Shown: positions 62,545 through 64,000 of the stretch, one piece after another
Layout: every line of letters starts with the position of its first letter
Position numbering within the stretch: position 1 is the stretch's first letter
NCBI GenBank assembly: GCA_043823005.1
Contig: JBDRBG010000013.1
Span: forward strand, 25,233-89,232
Direction of reading: 5' to 3'
Length of the DNA stretch: 64,000 nucleotides
Origin: Candidatus Omnitrophota bacterium
GTDB lineage: Bacteria > Omnitrophota > Gorgyraeia > Tantalellales > Tantalellaceae
Notes under the pieces: model-generated
Database searches by the model: none
What the model was told of the DNA's origin: nothing
The model's input: only the letters and a program-made list of their open reading frames with translations
Program-made: the position numbers and the translations under genes

Positions 62545-63561
62545 ATGAAAGTAGGCGTATACTACAACAACAACGATGTCCGAGTAGAAGAACGTTCTAT
62601 TCCCAAAATAGGGCCGGATGAAGTATTGGTAAAAGTCATTGCCAGCGGTATTTGCGGAAGCGATGTAATGGAATGGTACCGCATAAAAAAAGCTCCTTTA
62701 GTATTAGGACATGAAATATCCGGAGAAATAGCTGAAATAGGAGAAAATGTAGATAGATATAAAATAGGGGACAGGGTATTTGTTGCGCATCATGTGCCGT
62801 GTAATACTTGCCATTACTGCTTGAAGGATGAACAGACTGTTTGCGATACTTTACTTTCTACCAATTATGATCCCGGAGGATTTGCAGAATACATTAGAGT
62901 GCCAGAGATCAATGTGGATCGGGGGATATTTTTGCTTCCCGAAGAATTAACGCATGAACACGGTGTTTTTGCCGAACCGCTTGCTTGTGTCGTACGCGGA
63001 CAAAGAAAAGCAGGAGTAAGACCGGGGCAGAGTGTTCTTATTCTGGGCAGCGGGATGTCAGGATTATTGCATCTTTTATTGGCCCGGGCGCAAGGAGCGG
63101 GCCGGATTATGATGACTGATATAGATGAATTTCGCCTGAAAAAAGCTCAAGAGTTGGGAGCAGACGCTGTTATCAACGCTAAAAGCGATATTCCCGGCCA
63201 GGTAATGGCGCTTAATAGCAGGCTTGCGGATATAGTTATTGTATGTACAAGCGCGTTAACTGCGTTTAATCAGGCAATAAATTCTGTAGATCGAGGCGGA
63301 ATTATTTTATTGTTTGCTCCGTTAGACCCGGATAAATATCTCTCTCTTCCGCTTTTTAATGTTTGGCGTAATGGAACAAAACTAATACCTTCATACGGAA
63401 ACAGCCCTCCGGATGCTGAAGAAGCCATAGAATTAATGCGTTCAAAAAAAGTTTCCATAGACAAACTGATAACCCATAAACTTAAATTAGACGATATAGC
63501 ACAGGGTTTTAATCTTGTCAGCCAGGCCAAAGAATCCATTAAAGTTATTATCTACCCCTGA
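62545..63561 (+). CDS. zinc-dependent alcohol dehydrogenase (MDR family, threonine/sorbitol dehydrogenase-like)
   Basis: Motifs GICGSDV...GHEISGEIAEIG...GSGMSG. Confidence 0.8.
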   Translation: MKVGVYYNNNDVRVEERSIPKIGPDEVLVKVIASGICGSDVMEWYRIKKAPLVLGHEISGEIAEIGENVDRYKIGDRVFVAHHVPCNTCHYCLKDEQTVCDTLLSTNYDPGGFAEYIRVPEINVDRGIFLLPEELTHEHGVFAEPLACVVRGQRKAGVRPGQSVLILGSGMSGLLHLLLARAQGAGRIMMTDIDEFRLKKAQELGADAVINAKSDIPGQVMALNSRLADIVIVCTSALTAFNQAINSVDRGGIILLFAPLDPDKYLSLPLFNVWRNGTKLIPSYGNSPPDAEEAIELMRSKKVSIDKLITHKLKLDDIAQGFNLVSQAKESIKVIIYP

Positions 63562-63567
63562 CGTGTT

Positions 63568-63711
63568 ATAAATGGGGACGAGTGTACGCGCTCAACAATT
63601 AAGTAACAGTTCTTAAGGGGGTACTTCCTGCTAACTTCGTCTGTCGTCATTGCTGGAGCATGAGCGACGCGGCAAACTGGGTGGGAAGTAAATGGTGACG
63701 TCCCCATTTAT
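63568..63711. mobile_element. MITE-like 144-bp element with perfect 13-bp terminal inverted repeats
   Basis: ATAAATGGGGACG at 63568-63580 and CGTCCCCATTTAT at 63699-63711. The interior carries a family-1 repeat copy and is homologous to 50725-50840. Confidence 0.6.
63644..63680 (+). repeat. family-1 repeat inside the MITE-like element
   Basis: CGTCATTGCTGGAGCATGAGCGACGCGGCAAACTGG. Confidence 0.75.
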
Positions 63712-63728
63712 CTAATTTAAACAAAAAA

Positions 63729-63935
63729 ATGTGGTATAATATAACTATGAAAATGGCAAGAAATAAAACTAAACTAATTAAGATGTCTAAAAAGGACAAT
63801 CCTTTTGTTGCCGATTCGCCACAACAATGTATTAGTTTTATGTGGGAACTCACGGCTGAATTGTGGTCATTGCAAGGATCAGAATATGTTAAACGAAGAT
63901 TACAAAGAAATATTACAAATCTTATTAAACAATAA
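63729..63935 (+). CDS. small hypothetical ORF, possibly paired with a downstream truncated ORF
   Basis: 68-aa ORF. A following ORF opens at 63937 (KFLIVGAYAMGAQGYPRATG...) and is cut by the window end. Confidence 0.25.
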   Translation: MWYNITMKMARNKTKLIKMSKKDNPFVADSPQQCISFMWELTAELWSLQGSEYVKRRLQRNITNLIKQ

Positions 63936-64000
63936 GGTAAAATTCCTTATTGTCGGTGCGTACGCGATGGGCGCGCAAGGCTATCCTCGCGCAACTGGAG

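Overview
This window covers a low-GC (about 38-40%) bacterial chromosome around the replication origin. The classic gene order is present: yidC, yidD, rnpA and rpmH on the minus strand, then dnaA, dnaN, a DUF721/DciA-like gene, gyrB and gyrA on the plus strand. DnaA-box clusters flank dnaA on both sides (probable bipartite oriC), and there is no recF. Downstream come tRNA-Glu, glmS, tRNA-Val, tRNA-Asp, small lipoprotein and membrane genes, a PilZ protein and a 1397-aa secreted protein carrying an embedded iPGM/alkaline-phosphatase-like domain. After tRNA-Phe come two paralogous stand-alone receiver proteins, tRNA-Thr, an MFS transporter and an Rnf operon. The Rnf gene order is rnfC, rnfD, rnfG, rnfE, rnfA, rnfB, and a 590-bp repeat block splits rnfA from rnfB. 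The remaining genes are purN, eno, an ftsB-like gene, a PfkB kinase, the giant gene and tRNA-fMet, a purine cluster purB-purM-purD-purE, an LMW-PTP phosphatase, rpiB, glyA, a dCMP deaminase, nrdR, a PpiD-like chaperone on the minus strand, a class-I aldolase and a Zn alcohol dehydrogenase. Two things stand out. (1) A single 14.8-kb ORF (4930 aa) encodes an N-terminal TM segment, a tandemly duplicated ~300-aa domain, two complete SecA-like ATPase motor modules, a dozen or more Fis/NtrC-type HTH modules and a C-terminal Rossmann-like domain. The gene is bracketed by blocks of shared repeat modules and followed by the initiator tRNA. (2) Nearly every intergenic region carries copies of a ~40-bp repeat family with conserved ends and a variable core, consensus CGTC(T/A)TTGCGAGG...GCGGCAATCTC, with at least 24 copies in both orientations. 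These are often combined with other short modules, including GGCGGATCCGCC hairpins, AGTCGTTAGTCGTT, AGTGAATGGTGAATAGTG and GACGTC-centred hairpins. Some copies supply the last codons and the stop of flanking genes. No CRISPR array or recognisable transposase was seen.
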